Shown here: positions 1 to 9,448 of the stretch, piece by piece
Layout of the letters: every line of letters begins with the position of its first letter
Numbering within the stretch: position 1 is the stretch's first letter
Assembly (NCBI GenBank): GCA_963664875.1
Contig: OY761611.1
Coordinates: forward strand, 1,376,001 to 1,440,000
Direction: 5' to 3'
Source: Candidatus Kapaibacterium sp.
Lineage (GTDB): Bacteria; Bacteroidota; Ignavibacteria; Kapaibacteriales; UBA2268
Length of the DNA: 64,000 nt
Program-made: the position numbers and the translations under genes
Notes under the pieces: model-generated
What the model was told of the DNA's origin: nothing
Databases searched by the model: none
Seen by the model: only the letters and a program-made list of their open reading frames with translations

Positions 1-401
1 CCATTACCCTCAATTATTATTATTTCGAAATCAGAATGGCGATGCTCCCTCTCTTGTGAAACAACAAGGTACCAATCTGCTAATCTGCTGAGTGTAGTTT
101 GCTCCGCTTCATTTAGACCGCTGAAGAAATCTGTAGATGTTATTCTCCAACAATCAGTCTTTAAATTTTTGCGAATATGAATGTAGCCTTTCATTATCAG
201 TGATTTTACAATTTCTTCTCTTGCAAATCCTTCAAATCGAATTTTTTCGTCATACTTCTTATAAGTCTTTCGGATGTTCATCAAGGTCAAACCAAAAAGA
301 TTGGGATTATCAATTACAGTATCTATGTGTTTTGCTCTCACTTCAATAACAGCAGACTCTTCAGTTATATTCTTAGGTAGAATCCAATATGCGTTTGCCA
401 T
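1..401 (-). CDS. Hypothetical protein, partial (runs off left edge); not in ORF track
   Basis: Manual translation from ATG at 401: MANAYWILPKNITEESAVIEVRAKHIDTVIDNPNLFG...FEGFAREEIVKSLIMKGYIHIRK..., open to position 1; GGAGAG RBS upstream, just after the stop of the 413-1048 ORF. Confidence 0.75.
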   Translation of the reverse strand, partial: MANAYWILPKNITEESAVIEVRAKHIDTVIDNPNLFGLTLMNIRKTYKKYDEKIRFEGFAREEIVKSLIMKGYIHIRKNLKTDCWRITSTDFFSGLNEAEQTTLSRLADWYLVVSQEREHRHSDFEIIIIEGN

Positions 402-412
402 ATCTCTCTCCA

Positions 413-1048
413 TTATTTCAAAGACAATCCCGGTAATTGTGTGCTAATAAACTTATACCACTTTCCATCATAAGCAAAAGCAGGTCTGTTGTAATCATAA
501 AACGTCTTTTCTCTTGTAACATAAAGCTGATATAAAGGCATCCTATTTATCAGCACTTGTTTATAAACCTTTTCCTTCAGCAATTGCTGTCTGCTGAAAT
601 CAATAGCTTCTTCTTCAGTCAAAGGATGAGGAAATCTTATTGTTCTTATCGCCCATCGGAAGACTAAATAACTTTCTTTATAAGTAGTTTCAGTCTTTAG
701 GATTTCATCATAATACTCTTGATCTAAGGAAATTGTATATTCAATATCTTCCTTACTTAGTCCAAGAAGTTCAAGATAAGTCTTTGGAATTGGAATCAAT
801 AAATTGTCCCATCCCTCTCTTCTTCCAATAAACTTATTTAGTTTTGTCCAACCCATTTTTTCGGCAAGGTATCTCGAGCCTTGCGGATTTTTGTAGAAAT
901 CTTTGAATTCTGCTGAGCGAGATTGAATTAGGCAACGCGTGTTGTAATATCTGTAATACTTTTTCTCTGTCCGAGTTGGAATTGAGAATCCGGGTATTGG
1001 TTTTGCTGATGGCATGGAAAATACTCCTATGTTAAAATGGAGTACCAA
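413..1048 (-). CDS. Hypothetical protein (start possibly ATG at 1015)
   Basis: 211-aa ORF, no recognisable motif; GGAG upstream of the internal Met. Confidence 0.65.
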   Translation of the reverse strand: MVLHFNIGVFSMPSAKPIPGFSIPTRTEKKYYRYYNTRCLIQSRSAEFKDFYKNPQGSRYLAEKMGWTKLNKFIGRREGWDNLLIPIPKTYLELLGLSKEDIEYTISLDQEYYDEILKTETTYKESYLVFRWAIRTIRFPHPLTEEEAIDFSRQQLLKEKVYKQVLINRMPLYQLYVTREKTFYDYNRPAFAYDGKWYKFISTQLPGLSLK

Positions 1049-1376
1049 GAAGTGGTTTTTGCTTATAAAAGCCGTATCACTTTACCACCGTGGCATTTTT
1101 GCTCGGTTGGTACACTTATGTGTTCTTGATACAAAAAATCGTTTATAATTGATTTACGTAAGAATATTGATTTTGTTATTGAAAGAACATTTCCACTTAA
1201 AATTCTAAATGACTATGATGCAAGATGTATTACAACAAATAAGATTGCAACATTCAACCAATAAGTGCAACTGATGTTAAAATATAAACTATTTTCGAAC
1301 ATCTTATAATCTATTGACTGAAAGAATAATATCACAAAGTTAGAAAGTATCGCTTAAAATAATATTTGGAATTTTT

Positions 1377-2360
1377 ATGTGTGATAAAAGACTTACGCAA
1401 TTAATATTGTACTCGAGAGACGTTCTACCGAATCAATACCCACCATCATATATTGGCAAGATGGTCAAATGTGTAGAAGATTTGCTAATACCTTTTGAAG
1501 ACACTGATAAAATAAATATAATAGTCGATGCTATATATACAATAGATGCAAAATTAAAACCGATGGATTACTTGACGGAAATTTTTGTCGAACAAGAAGA
1601 AGGCCCATATAAAAGAATCGATGAATTTGCTTATGTAAAAGCAAAATTGTTTTTATTGGAAAAACTTAAAAAGATAAAAGGTGAAAAAAACACATTTTGT
1701 AATTTTGAAAAATACGAACCGTTTTCTGAATACCCTGAGGAATTTAGATTTTCAGAAGATTTGATAAAAAATGAAATTGAATTTTTTTCTGAAGAAGAGA
1801 CTCTTGAATATTTAACAGATAAAATAAAGACACTATGGGGAATTGTAAATTTCCATCCAAATATAGATGAGACAGTTTTTGATGAGACTTTGAAAAAAAC
1901 ATATCATTTTAACTCACACACAAAATGCTCTGACATCGTTGCAAGATATTCGAAACTTCAAGAATCTGCTGCTTCAACGCTTCTGTATTTAGAGAAAGAG
2001 TATGCCTTAAGTAATAATCAAATAAAATTTCAAACCAATAATACACTTTCTAATACACGACAAGAAATAAGAAACTCTGCTTATTATACAATAGTAGAAG
2101 ATAAAATAAAATGGGAGAAACCTTTAAACCTGCTTTCAGTGTATTTATGCGAAATCGCAAAAGAAATACCTGAAATGAAAGGACTCCAAGGTAAAGCTGT
2201 TATAACATACTTTGTTGAACGATCCAAATTAATCCTAACTGAAAAAAATATTTCGTCACTAAAGACATACGCAAAAGATTACTTGAATAATACACATGAT
2301 TTCAACGATGAGCTTGATAACAAAGTAAAAGTTAACTTAAAAAATTGTCTACTATCATAA
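1377..2360 (+). CDS. Hypothetical island protein
   Basis: 327-aa ORF in very AT-rich DNA, followed by a hairpin. Confidence 0.7.
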   Translation: MCDKRLTQLILYSRDVLPNQYPPSYIGKMVKCVEDLLIPFEDTDKINIIVDAIYTIDAKLKPMDYLTEIFVEQEEGPYKRIDEFAYVKAKLFLLEKLKKIKGEKNTFCNFEKYEPFSEYPEEFRFSEDLIKNEIEFFSEEETLEYLTDKIKTLWGIVNFHPNIDETVFDETLKKTYHFNSHTKCSDIVARYSKLQESAASTLLYLEKEYALSNNQIKFQTNNTLSNTRQEIRNSAYYTIVEDKIKWEKPLNLLSVYLCEIAKEIPEMKGLQGKAVITYFVERSKLILTEKNISSLKTYAKDYLNNTHDFNDELDNKVKVNLKNCLLS

Positions 2361-2364
2361 TCTC

Positions 2365-2397
2365 AGAGGGAATTTTTATTCCCTCTCATTTCTTTTT
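2365..2397 (+). terminator. Probable intrinsic terminator
   Basis: AGAGGGAAT-TTTT-ATTCCCTCT stem followed by T-rich tract. Confidence 0.65.
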
Positions 2398-2514
2398 ACT
2401 CTGCAAAACGACGCGTATATCAGTCCGAAAAAAAAAATTTAATCGGTAATATCTATTCCCTTACAACTCATATACTTTGCCTCATATTTGAAAACAATTT
2501 TCAAGGAGGCTCAT

Positions 2515-2664
2515 ATGAGAGCTATATCTAAAAAGATGATATCATCAGTGCAAGATGTGGATGCTGTTGATATATTTCTGCATTTAACAAATCCTAATAA
2601 CAAATGGATTTTCAATTCTTTACCCAATCTTTTAGTACAGAGTAGGAGGCAGCATGGAAAATAA
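2515..2664 (+). CDS. Small ORF (49 aa) overlapping the primase start
   Basis: AAGGAGG RBS at 2503-2509, ATG 2515, TAA 2662-2664. Confidence 0.5.
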   Translation: MRAISKKMISSVQDVDAVDIFLHLTNPNNKWIFNSLPNLLVQSRRQHGK

Positions 2665-3601
2665 ATCTTTCAGTAGTAATAGGACTAGTTGTCCTGAATG
2701 CGGAGCAAAAAGGGCATTTGCAGAATATGATGATGGCTCAGGTGGATATTGTCATTCATGTGGTAAAACTGTTATGTATAACTCGACTAAAAAGCAAGGT
2801 AAGCAAATGAAAAAACAACAAGAGAAGAGTCAATTGTTACAAACTATTACTCTTGAGCAATTTAATGAGTTAAGATCATGTGATGATTCAAATTTTAACG
2901 AGTATTTTGGTGAGCTATTTGGTGATGCTTTTAACAAACATTGTAATGATAATTATTTTTTAAGAGCTGATGATTATGGTGCAACAATCTTTACTTTTAT
3001 AGATTCTCAGGGATTTATTAGAAATTTAAAAAGCATGGCATACAAACAAGATGGTCATAGAGATAAGGTGGGATTTGTTCTAAAAATCAAGGAGAAAGAG
3101 ACTACTATACCTGTATTTTATGGATATCGATATGCAAAAAAAGGAAAATACGATATGATTAAATCCACTTCTGTGAAGAAACATTATTCACAGTGCCTGT
3201 TTGGTGAATACTACCTCAATTCACACAACTACATGATTGTAGGAGATCGAACCTATAAGTATGATGACAAGACCCCAGTTATATTATTAGAATCAGAAAA
3301 ATCTGTCTTAATATCTTCATTTCATTATCCATCTGTCATCTTCCTTGCAACAGGTGGAACGAATGGGTTAACAGAAGAAAAAGCGGAAATATTGAAAGAT
3401 AGAATTGTTTATATCATGTTTGACAACGAAGAAAAAGCTCAACTGAGAGCTGAAAAGGCAAAGATTGTTTTGACAGGAATTGCAAAGTCGGTTGATATAA
3501 TTGATATTTTCAAAAATTACAAGGTTGAAGAAGGTTATGATTTAGCTGATATTTTAGAACAACAAGCAATTTTAAGAGGAGAACAGAAAGATGACAAATA
3601 A
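2654..3601 (+). CDS. Primase-like protein (zinc ribbon + TOPRIM, DUF6371-like)
   Basis: CPECG...YCHSCG zinc finger; LFGE, ESEKS, LATGG, FDN and GYDLAD TOPRIM-type motifs; AGGAGG RBS. Confidence 0.8.
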   Translation: MENKSFSSNRTSCPECGAKRAFAEYDDGSGGYCHSCGKTVMYNSTKKQGKQMKKQQEKSQLLQTITLEQFNELRSCDDSNFNEYFGELFGDAFNKHCNDNYFLRADDYGATIFTFIDSQGFIRNLKSMAYKQDGHRDKVGFVLKIKEKETTIPVFYGYRYAKKGKYDMIKSTSVKKHYSQCLFGEYYLNSHNYMIVGDRTYKYDDKTPVILLESEKSVLISSFHYPSVIFLATGGTNGLTEEKAEILKDRIVYIMFDNEEKAQLRAEKAKIVLTGIAKSVDIIDIFKNYKVEEGYDLADILEQQAILRGEQKDDK

Positions 3602-4652
3602 TTTAAAACCGATAAGAGAATTCAATCTTATTCAAGAGTTGAATAACTATAATCACAAAAAGATTAAACAAAACACAATGAATTTTCGATTGGAACAAGC
3701 TGCTAATCAACCTCAGATGGAAGAATTATTTGGTTCTTATTTACAACGTGGAGAAATTTCAATAATCGCAGGTAACACAGGAGATGGTAAATCCACTTTA
3801 GCAGTTCAAATTGCTGACAGAATCACAAGGCAAAAAGGAATATGGAATGAAGTGAATACGCAAAAATATCCAATAATATACTATGATTTTGAGATGTCAG
3901 ACCAATCATTGCTAAAAAGATATCAATCTTATACTTTCGAATCTAACTTTTATTGTCCTGACGTTAGTGAAATTATTAAGAATTCAAATGGCGTATTTTC
4001 TATAGATACAATCAAGAATGATATCAACACTTTTGATGCTAATATAATCTTTATCGATAATATTACTGCAATGTCGCAAAAATCAACAATTGATCAAGAC
4101 TCTGCAAATAAACTAATGCGTGGATTAAAAACTCTACAAAGTACGTACAATACCACTATTTGTGTGTTAGCTCATGTGCCTAAAATTCCAAGTAATGTTC
4201 CTTTGCATATTAACCATGTCGCAGGGAGTAAAAATATTGTAAATTTTGCAGATAGTGTGCATATAATCGGACAGAGCAATCAATTACCTAATAGACGTTA
4301 TCTGAAGCAAGTTAAAAATCGTAATTCAGAAATGGAATCACAGGTAATGGTTATAGATTTAATCTGCGAAGATTATCTTCATTTTGATTTTATCAAGATG
4401 GATGATGAACGTAATCATATCGATGTTGATACGATTATGGAAGATAATAAGAAAAATAAACATATTGACATTGCTAATGAATTGATTGGTACTGATGCAA
4501 TAAAATACACTGATTTTGTAGATAATTACGCAAAAAAATACAATAAATCGATTGAAACGGGTAAGAAAGCAATTCAATATTTGAAGTTACACAATATAAT
4601 ACAGCAGAACGAATCGAAAGAATGGGAAGTCAATCCTGACTATCTAATTTAG
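3591..4652 (+). CDS. AAA ATPase / RecA-DnaB-type (RepA-like) helicase
   Basis: Walker A AGNTGDGKST, YYDFE, Walker B IIFIDN, LAHVPK, AGSK; overlaps primase end. Confidence 0.85.
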   Translation: MTNNLKPIREFNLIQELNNYNHKKIKQNTMNFRLEQAANQPQMEELFGSYLQRGEISIIAGNTGDGKSTLAVQIADRITRQKGIWNEVNTQKYPIIYYDFEMSDQSLLKRYQSYTFESNFYCPDVSEIIKNSNGVFSIDTIKNDINTFDANIIFIDNITAMSQKSTIDQDSANKLMRGLKTLQSTYNTTICVLAHVPKIPSNVPLHINHVAGSKNIVNFADSVHIIGQSNQLPNRRYLKQVKNRNSEMESQVMVIDLICEDYLHFDFIKMDDERNHIDVDTIMEDNKKNKHIDIANELIGTDAIKYTDFVDNYAKKYNKSIETGKKAIQYLKLHNIIQQNESKEWEVNPDYLI

Positions 4653-5028
4653 TGTAATTAGTGTAAAAACAATTAGTGTACTTTTACACTTTACACTTTA
4701 CACTTACATCTTTCTTTGGGTGAGCTTTTAAGGGCTCACCCTTATTTTTGATTTTAATCGTAAGAAAAAAAAGAAATTTTCTAAACTATTTAAACAACAC
4801 AGTTTACTTCAATTGATTTATATCCTTATTATATCAAGAAGTTGATTTCTAAGAATACAAAGAATTCTTTTTTTATTTTTCGAAAATTATCTACCTAATT
4901 AAGTTTAGTAAGCTTCTTTTAGTTCTAAATATTCTTTTCTTTTATTTTGACAAATAACAAACCTGTTGCAATTGCAACTATAGTGTAAAGTGTAAAAGTA
5001 CACTATTTATTTTTACATCTTTTACACT
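4651..5028. repeat. AGTGTAA/TTACACT heptamer clusters with 24-bp perfect inverted repeat; candidate replication origin
   Basis: 4674-4697 TAGTGTACTTTTACACTTTACACT is the exact reverse complement of 4982-5005; about 10 exact or near heptamer copies; AT-rich centre. Confidence 0.7.
4718..4749 (+). terminator. Probable terminator after helicase
   Basis: GGGTGAGC...GCTCACCC stem then TTATTTTT. Confidence 0.65.
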
Positions 5029-5395
5029 AACTCCGAAATCCAAAATCTATTTGCAAAACATACAGTCGTATGAGTCGTAATATTATAATAAGGAAGTATT
5101 TTTGAAATGGTAAATATTGAAGAAATCTATATAATTGGGTGCTCTGACGGGTGACTGGGGAAACAAAAAAAGGTAGAACCTTTACTAGCTCTACCGTTTC
5201 ATTGATACCGAGTACAGAAGGAGGGTGATTAGAATCAAAATGTATCGGATGATTTAACACATTCTTTTTTTGTTTTTCGCTTCCTCTCACAACTGAAAAG
5301 TCAAGAATTCTAAATACTCACTATGCCATCTTCAAATATTTTCGCCCGTTATCTTCAATAATCTGATTTTTCATTATTTGTATCTTTTTCGGAGA

Positions 5396-5498
5396 AGTAA
5401 GCCAATAATTTTTACAAAAATACAAAATTTATGTTTTTTTCTCTTCTGCATTTGAAAGCAATCTTATGCAGGATTAGTTTAGCAAATGGGGATCAATT
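5396..5498 (+). repeat. ~100-bp imperfect direct repeat, copy 1 (left of cas operon)
   Basis: Aligns by eye with 18544-18645 (AGTAAGCCA...ACAAAAATACAAAATTTATGTTTTTT...TTATGCA...TTAGCAAATGG). Confidence 0.85.
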
Positions 5499-5690
5499 TT
5501 AATCGAGAAAATTGGGTTATTTTTTGGAAAATTAAGATATGCAACCCTCAAGGCAGCAATATAAATATCTCATATATGGTTTCCAATTATCATATAATAC
5601 ATTTTTCGAAGGAGATAATCAGTTCTATATGAATTCTAACTTGAAAATAGTTCGTCAAGTTATCCGTTCGCTTTGTAAATCTCAAATCAA

Positions 5691-5760
5691 TTCCTCAATC
5701 AGTTAATTAGAGGTATAAATTAAAATATGTAACATTCACTACCTACAAGGGATGTGAAAT
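5691..5760 (+). ncRNA. Candidate degenerate mini-CRISPR / CreR-like regulatory RNA
   Basis: Two repeat-like segments ending GTATAAAT (5720) and GTGAAAT (5760); intervening 16 nt match minus strand 5855-5840 at 14/16 next to a CCA PAM. Confidence 0.6.
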
Positions 5761-5864
5761 TCAAAAGAAATCAAAATTATATAAATTCTTTTTTTAAAAT
5801 AATATTTAGATTCTTGAATCGTAAAAAACAATAGCTAATAAAGTTACATTTTTTATGGTGCATC

Positions 5865-6593
5865 ATGAGAATAGTAGTAGAGTTAGAATCTTCTAATCAT
5901 ATTCTATTACCACATTCTATCAATAGTGTTATACAGTCTTTTTTATATAATGTAGTAAAAGGTGATTCTGAATTTGATGAGATGCACAAAAGTATCAGTT
6001 ATAAAAATTTTACGTTTTCAACGATTCGAGAACGATTCCGAAAAGTAGAAGGTGGAAGACTATATGGAAATTCTATATCTTTTGTCTTCTCAACCAACCA
6101 GCAAACATTAATAAATACATTACTGAACAGTATAATGTTCGCTTCAAATTTAGATTTAGCAGGCAATTCAGTAAGATTCAAATCTGTCTCACCAATTCAG
6201 AAGAAATCCTTTACTACAACCGAGAAAATGAAGACATTAAGTCCAATAACTGTCTACGATGATATTGTGAATTCCGAAGGTAAAAAGTTTAGGAGCTATT
6301 GTTTAGATGTGCATTCTGAAAGATTCACAAGATTACTTCGCAACAATCTGATAAGAAAAGCAAGTAAACTTTATAATTGGGATTTATCGGATTCTGAATT
6401 TGAGATTGAATGCTTATCAAACCCAAAAATTGTCTCTGCGACTTATAAGCATAAGAATAATGTGATTAAAGGCATCGATGCAATATTTAAGCTTACTGGT
6501 GATGAAAGATTGATTCAAGTTGCTTATGAAGTTGGCTTAGGCAGTAAAAATGCTCAGGGTTGGGGTTGTATAGAATTTGCAGGAGAAAAATAA
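5865..6593 (+). CDS. cas6: CRISPR endoribonuclease Cas6
   Basis: C-terminal G-loop GLGSKNAQGWG, TLSPI motif, FTFS; first gene of cas operon. Confidence 0.95.
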   Translation: MRIVVELESSNHILLPHSINSVIQSFLYNVVKGDSEFDEMHKSISYKNFTFSTIRERFRKVEGGRLYGNSISFVFSTNQQTLINTLLNSIMFASNLDLAGNSVRFKSVSPIQKKSFTTTEKMKTLSPITVYDDIVNSEGKKFRSYCLDVHSERFTRLLRNNLIRKASKLYNWDLSDSEFEIECLSNPKIVSATYKHKNNVIKGIDAIFKLTGDERLIQVAYEVGLGSKNAQGWGCIEFAGEK

Positions 6594-8467
6594 TGTTTTT
6601 AAATGCTTTATACGAAATTGGTGAATATCATAAAAAAAACATACTTAACAAAGGTGGTCTTCCTGAGCTCACTTTGAAAGAGGTACAATATCTTCATAAA
6701 ACAGGTACATATCAAAAGGTTGTAATTATGAATATACAAAGTTCCAATAGCACAGTATCCTTTTCAACCGAGGAATTAGAATCGACCGGAGATCACTCTC
6801 TACACTATTTATACAAATATCGTAATGGCTCCCAAGCAGGTAACGAATTTTCTTTTACTAACAAAATAAATATACAAAAAGAAAAGGATAAGAATAAAGA
6901 GAAAGCTGAAATCGATTGGAACAAATTCTTCAACTACTATAAAGCTAACAAAAATTCTTGGATTACTTGGTTAGAAGCTTGCATAGCTGAAGAATTTTAT
7001 CAAACAACTCAAAATATATTAAGAGCAATCATTCAAAATATTGAGAATATCAAATCTTATATTGAGACCTTATTTACGAATGATGATACTTTTAAAAAAG
7101 GCTGCATTTTTACGGTAAAATATAACGGTAAATATTTAAACGAAATCAAAGAGTGCGTTGAATGTTTTGACTATTGTGTGCAAAAACACAATAAGTCAGG
7201 AAACACAGAGCCAAATGTTTGCTGCTCTTTTTGCGGAAGTAACCAAAATGTCAGATATGGTATTCCAGAAGCATTCAAATTCGCAACCATAGATAAAGAA
7301 GGATTCGCAACTGACTTCAATGTTGACACAAATAGGGATTATCCAGTTTGTATCGAATGTCGTACAATCTTGACTTCAGGAAGACAATTTATTGATGATA
7401 ATTTGTCTTATTATTTCCACGGCTTAAAATATAAGGTTGTTCCACACTCTGTTTTTAAATCAGAAGTGTTGCTTGACAATATGTTATATAACTTAAAAGA
7501 AGCCAAAAATCCAAATTTATCTCAAAATCACTCTAATTTTATGTCTGATCCTGATGGTATCATTGAAGAAGCTTCTGAACTAAACAATAGTGTATTGTTA
7601 AATTTAGTGTTTTTATCACAGAAAGGCGTCGGTGGTGAACAAATTGATCTACTTATGCAAGATGTACTTCCAACTCGCTTAGCTGCGATAATAAAAGTAA
7701 AACATGATTTAGAAAATATGTACCCCTATAAAACGAAAGATGGTGAAATTAAACATATGCTTTTCAATATGGGCACAATCTTCAATTTTTACCAACATAA
7801 GAAAAGTAAAAATGCACCATTTGATAAATCATTTTTCGAACTTGTGGAAGCTATATTTAAAGGTGGTAAACTTAATAAAGATTTGATTGTCTCTAAGTTC
7901 ATGGATAAAATTCGGGAAGATGTTTATGAACCAGACAAAAAGCACCCCCATAACTACACTAAAGATTCCATAAGAATAATGCAATTCCTATCAAAATTAG
8001 ATATAGTAGATTTCAAATATAAAGGTAAACCTATGAAAGACAATATTTTCAAAGAATATTTTGAGCAAATAGGCATAGTCGATTCTTCATACTTAGCGGG
8101 CGTAATGCTTATCGGAGCCTTAGTAACCAAAGTTCGTATAGTACAGAAAGAAAATCTGGACAATGATCCCTTCAAGAAAAATCTAAAAGGATACAATTTA
8201 AACCGTGATGAGATTATTTTGCTTGCTAATAAAGTAAAAGCGAAGTTAGAAGAGTATAATGCTTTTAAAGGAACTGAAAATATAATTTTTGGAACTGCTT
8301 TTAAGCTTATGATGGATGCAACTCCAGTATCAAATGCCATGTCAAACTGGTATCTGATTGGTGGCATGAGTTTAGAATATGAAATTATGGGCATAGCAAT
8401 CGAATACCTAAAATCGCAAAAACCAAACTCTCAAGCAGAAGAACAAGAAAGCAATGAATCCAATTAA
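6593..8467 (+). CDS. cas8b: Type I-B large subunit Cas8b (Csh1/TM1802-like)
   Basis: ATG overlaps cas6 stop (TAATG); CSFCG...FKFATIDKEGF...YPVCIEC zinc motif; position between cas6 and cas7. Confidence 0.88.
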   Translation: MFLNALYEIGEYHKKNILNKGGLPELTLKEVQYLHKTGTYQKVVIMNIQSSNSTVSFSTEELESTGDHSLHYLYKYRNGSQAGNEFSFTNKINIQKEKDKNKEKAEIDWNKFFNYYKANKNSWITWLEACIAEEFYQTTQNILRAIIQNIENIKSYIETLFTNDDTFKKGCIFTVKYNGKYLNEIKECVECFDYCVQKHNKSGNTEPNVCCSFCGSNQNVRYGIPEAFKFATIDKEGFATDFNVDTNRDYPVCIECRTILTSGRQFIDDNLSYYFHGLKYKVVPHSVFKSEVLLDNMLYNLKEAKNPNLSQNHSNFMSDPDGIIEEASELNNSVLLNLVFLSQKGVGGEQIDLLMQDVLPTRLAAIIKVKHDLENMYPYKTKDGEIKHMLFNMGTIFNFYQHKKSKNAPFDKSFFELVEAIFKGGKLNKDLIVSKFMDKIREDVYEPDKKHPHNYTKDSIRIMQFLSKLDIVDFKYKGKPMKDNIFKEYFEQIGIVDSSYLAGVMLIGALVTKVRIVQKENLDNDPFKKNLKGYNLNRDEIILLANKVKAKLEEYNAFKGTENIIFGTAFKLMMDATPVSNAMSNWYLIGGMSLEYEIMGIAIEYLKSQKPNSQAEEQESNESN

Positions 8468-8485
8468 TAAAGTATAGGCAATAAC

Positions 8486-9439
8486 ATGAGTAATATTAAA
8501 TCTTCAGAAATCATATTTTTATATGACTTAGAAAAATGCAATCCAAATGGTGATCCAATAGCCAACAACTTACCAAGAATAGATGAAGAAACATCAAAAG
8601 TTTATGCAACCGATGTTTTTCTTAAGCATCATATAAGAGAGTACATGTATCAGAATACAATTCCGAAATTAGATGGTAATTTTGACATCTGGGTCAGAGA
8701 TACAAGAGAAGAAAATGGTGGGAAAGTAGTTGATGCAAAGAAGAGATATGAAAGTCTTAATATAAGTGCAAAAGATGATAAAGCTAAAGAAGAATTCTTA
8801 GAAAGATGCCTAGATGCACAAATGTTCGGTGCAGTAGTACCACTAAAAAAGGAAAACTATCATTTAACTGGAGCTTGGCAGTTTATGAATATCAAATCTT
8901 TACATCAAGTAGATGTAATTACAGATAAAGGTATTACTACTTTTGCTTCAGGTGATAATAAATCTCAAGGAACTTTCAGAGAAGATCACTACGTGAATTA
9001 TGCTTTGATGCAATCATATAGCAGAGTAAATGCAAATGCTGCCGAGAAAAATCTATTAAAACAAGAAACTTTAGATGCTGGTTTAGAAGCTATGTGGTAT
9101 GGAATCAAAAATTTAAATACACGTAGTAAATTGGGTCATGATTCTAAGTTACTTTTAGTTGTAGAATACAAAACAAACAATCGTTTTATTGGAAACAAAC
9201 TTAACAATTCCATAACTCTCACACTTAAGGATGGTGTAATCACAGAGAAAGGTATCAGAGCAGGTTCTGATTATAACCTTAATATGGATGCTTTACAAAA
9301 TCTATTAGTATCGAATAAATCTATTATCCACAAAATTAAATTTCACTACGAAGCTCATGATCCTCACGTTTCTTCATTTAAGGATTTTAAAGCTAATTTA
9401 CAAAAAGAAGGTATAGAGATTGAAGATTTAAAATACTAA
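8486..9439 (+). CDS. cas7: Type I-B Cas7b (Csh2)
   Basis: NPNGDP..NLPRID, TDVFLKHHIREY, DAQMFGAV, TRSK motifs. Confidence 0.93.
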   Translation: MSNIKSSEIIFLYDLEKCNPNGDPIANNLPRIDEETSKVYATDVFLKHHIREYMYQNTIPKLDGNFDIWVRDTREENGGKVVDAKKRYESLNISAKDDKAKEEFLERCLDAQMFGAVVPLKKENYHLTGAWQFMNIKSLHQVDVITDKGITTFASGDNKSQGTFREDHYVNYALMQSYSRVNANAAEKNLLKQETLDAGLEAMWYGIKNLNTRSKLGHDSKLLLVVEYKTNNRFIGNKLNNSITLTLKDGVITEKGIRAGSDYNLNMDALQNLLVSNKSIIHKIKFHYEAHDPHVSSFKDFKANLQKEGIEIEDLKY

Positions 9440-9448
9440 GGTGAAAAA

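Noticed and set aside
137-349. 70-aa plus-strand ORF
   Set aside because: Antisense to the better-supported minus-strand ORF starting at 401
5629-5706. 25-codon ORF upstream of the mini-array as a CreT-like toxin
   Set aside because: AAGGAG is 14 nt from the ATG and I found no guide match upstream of it; insufficient support
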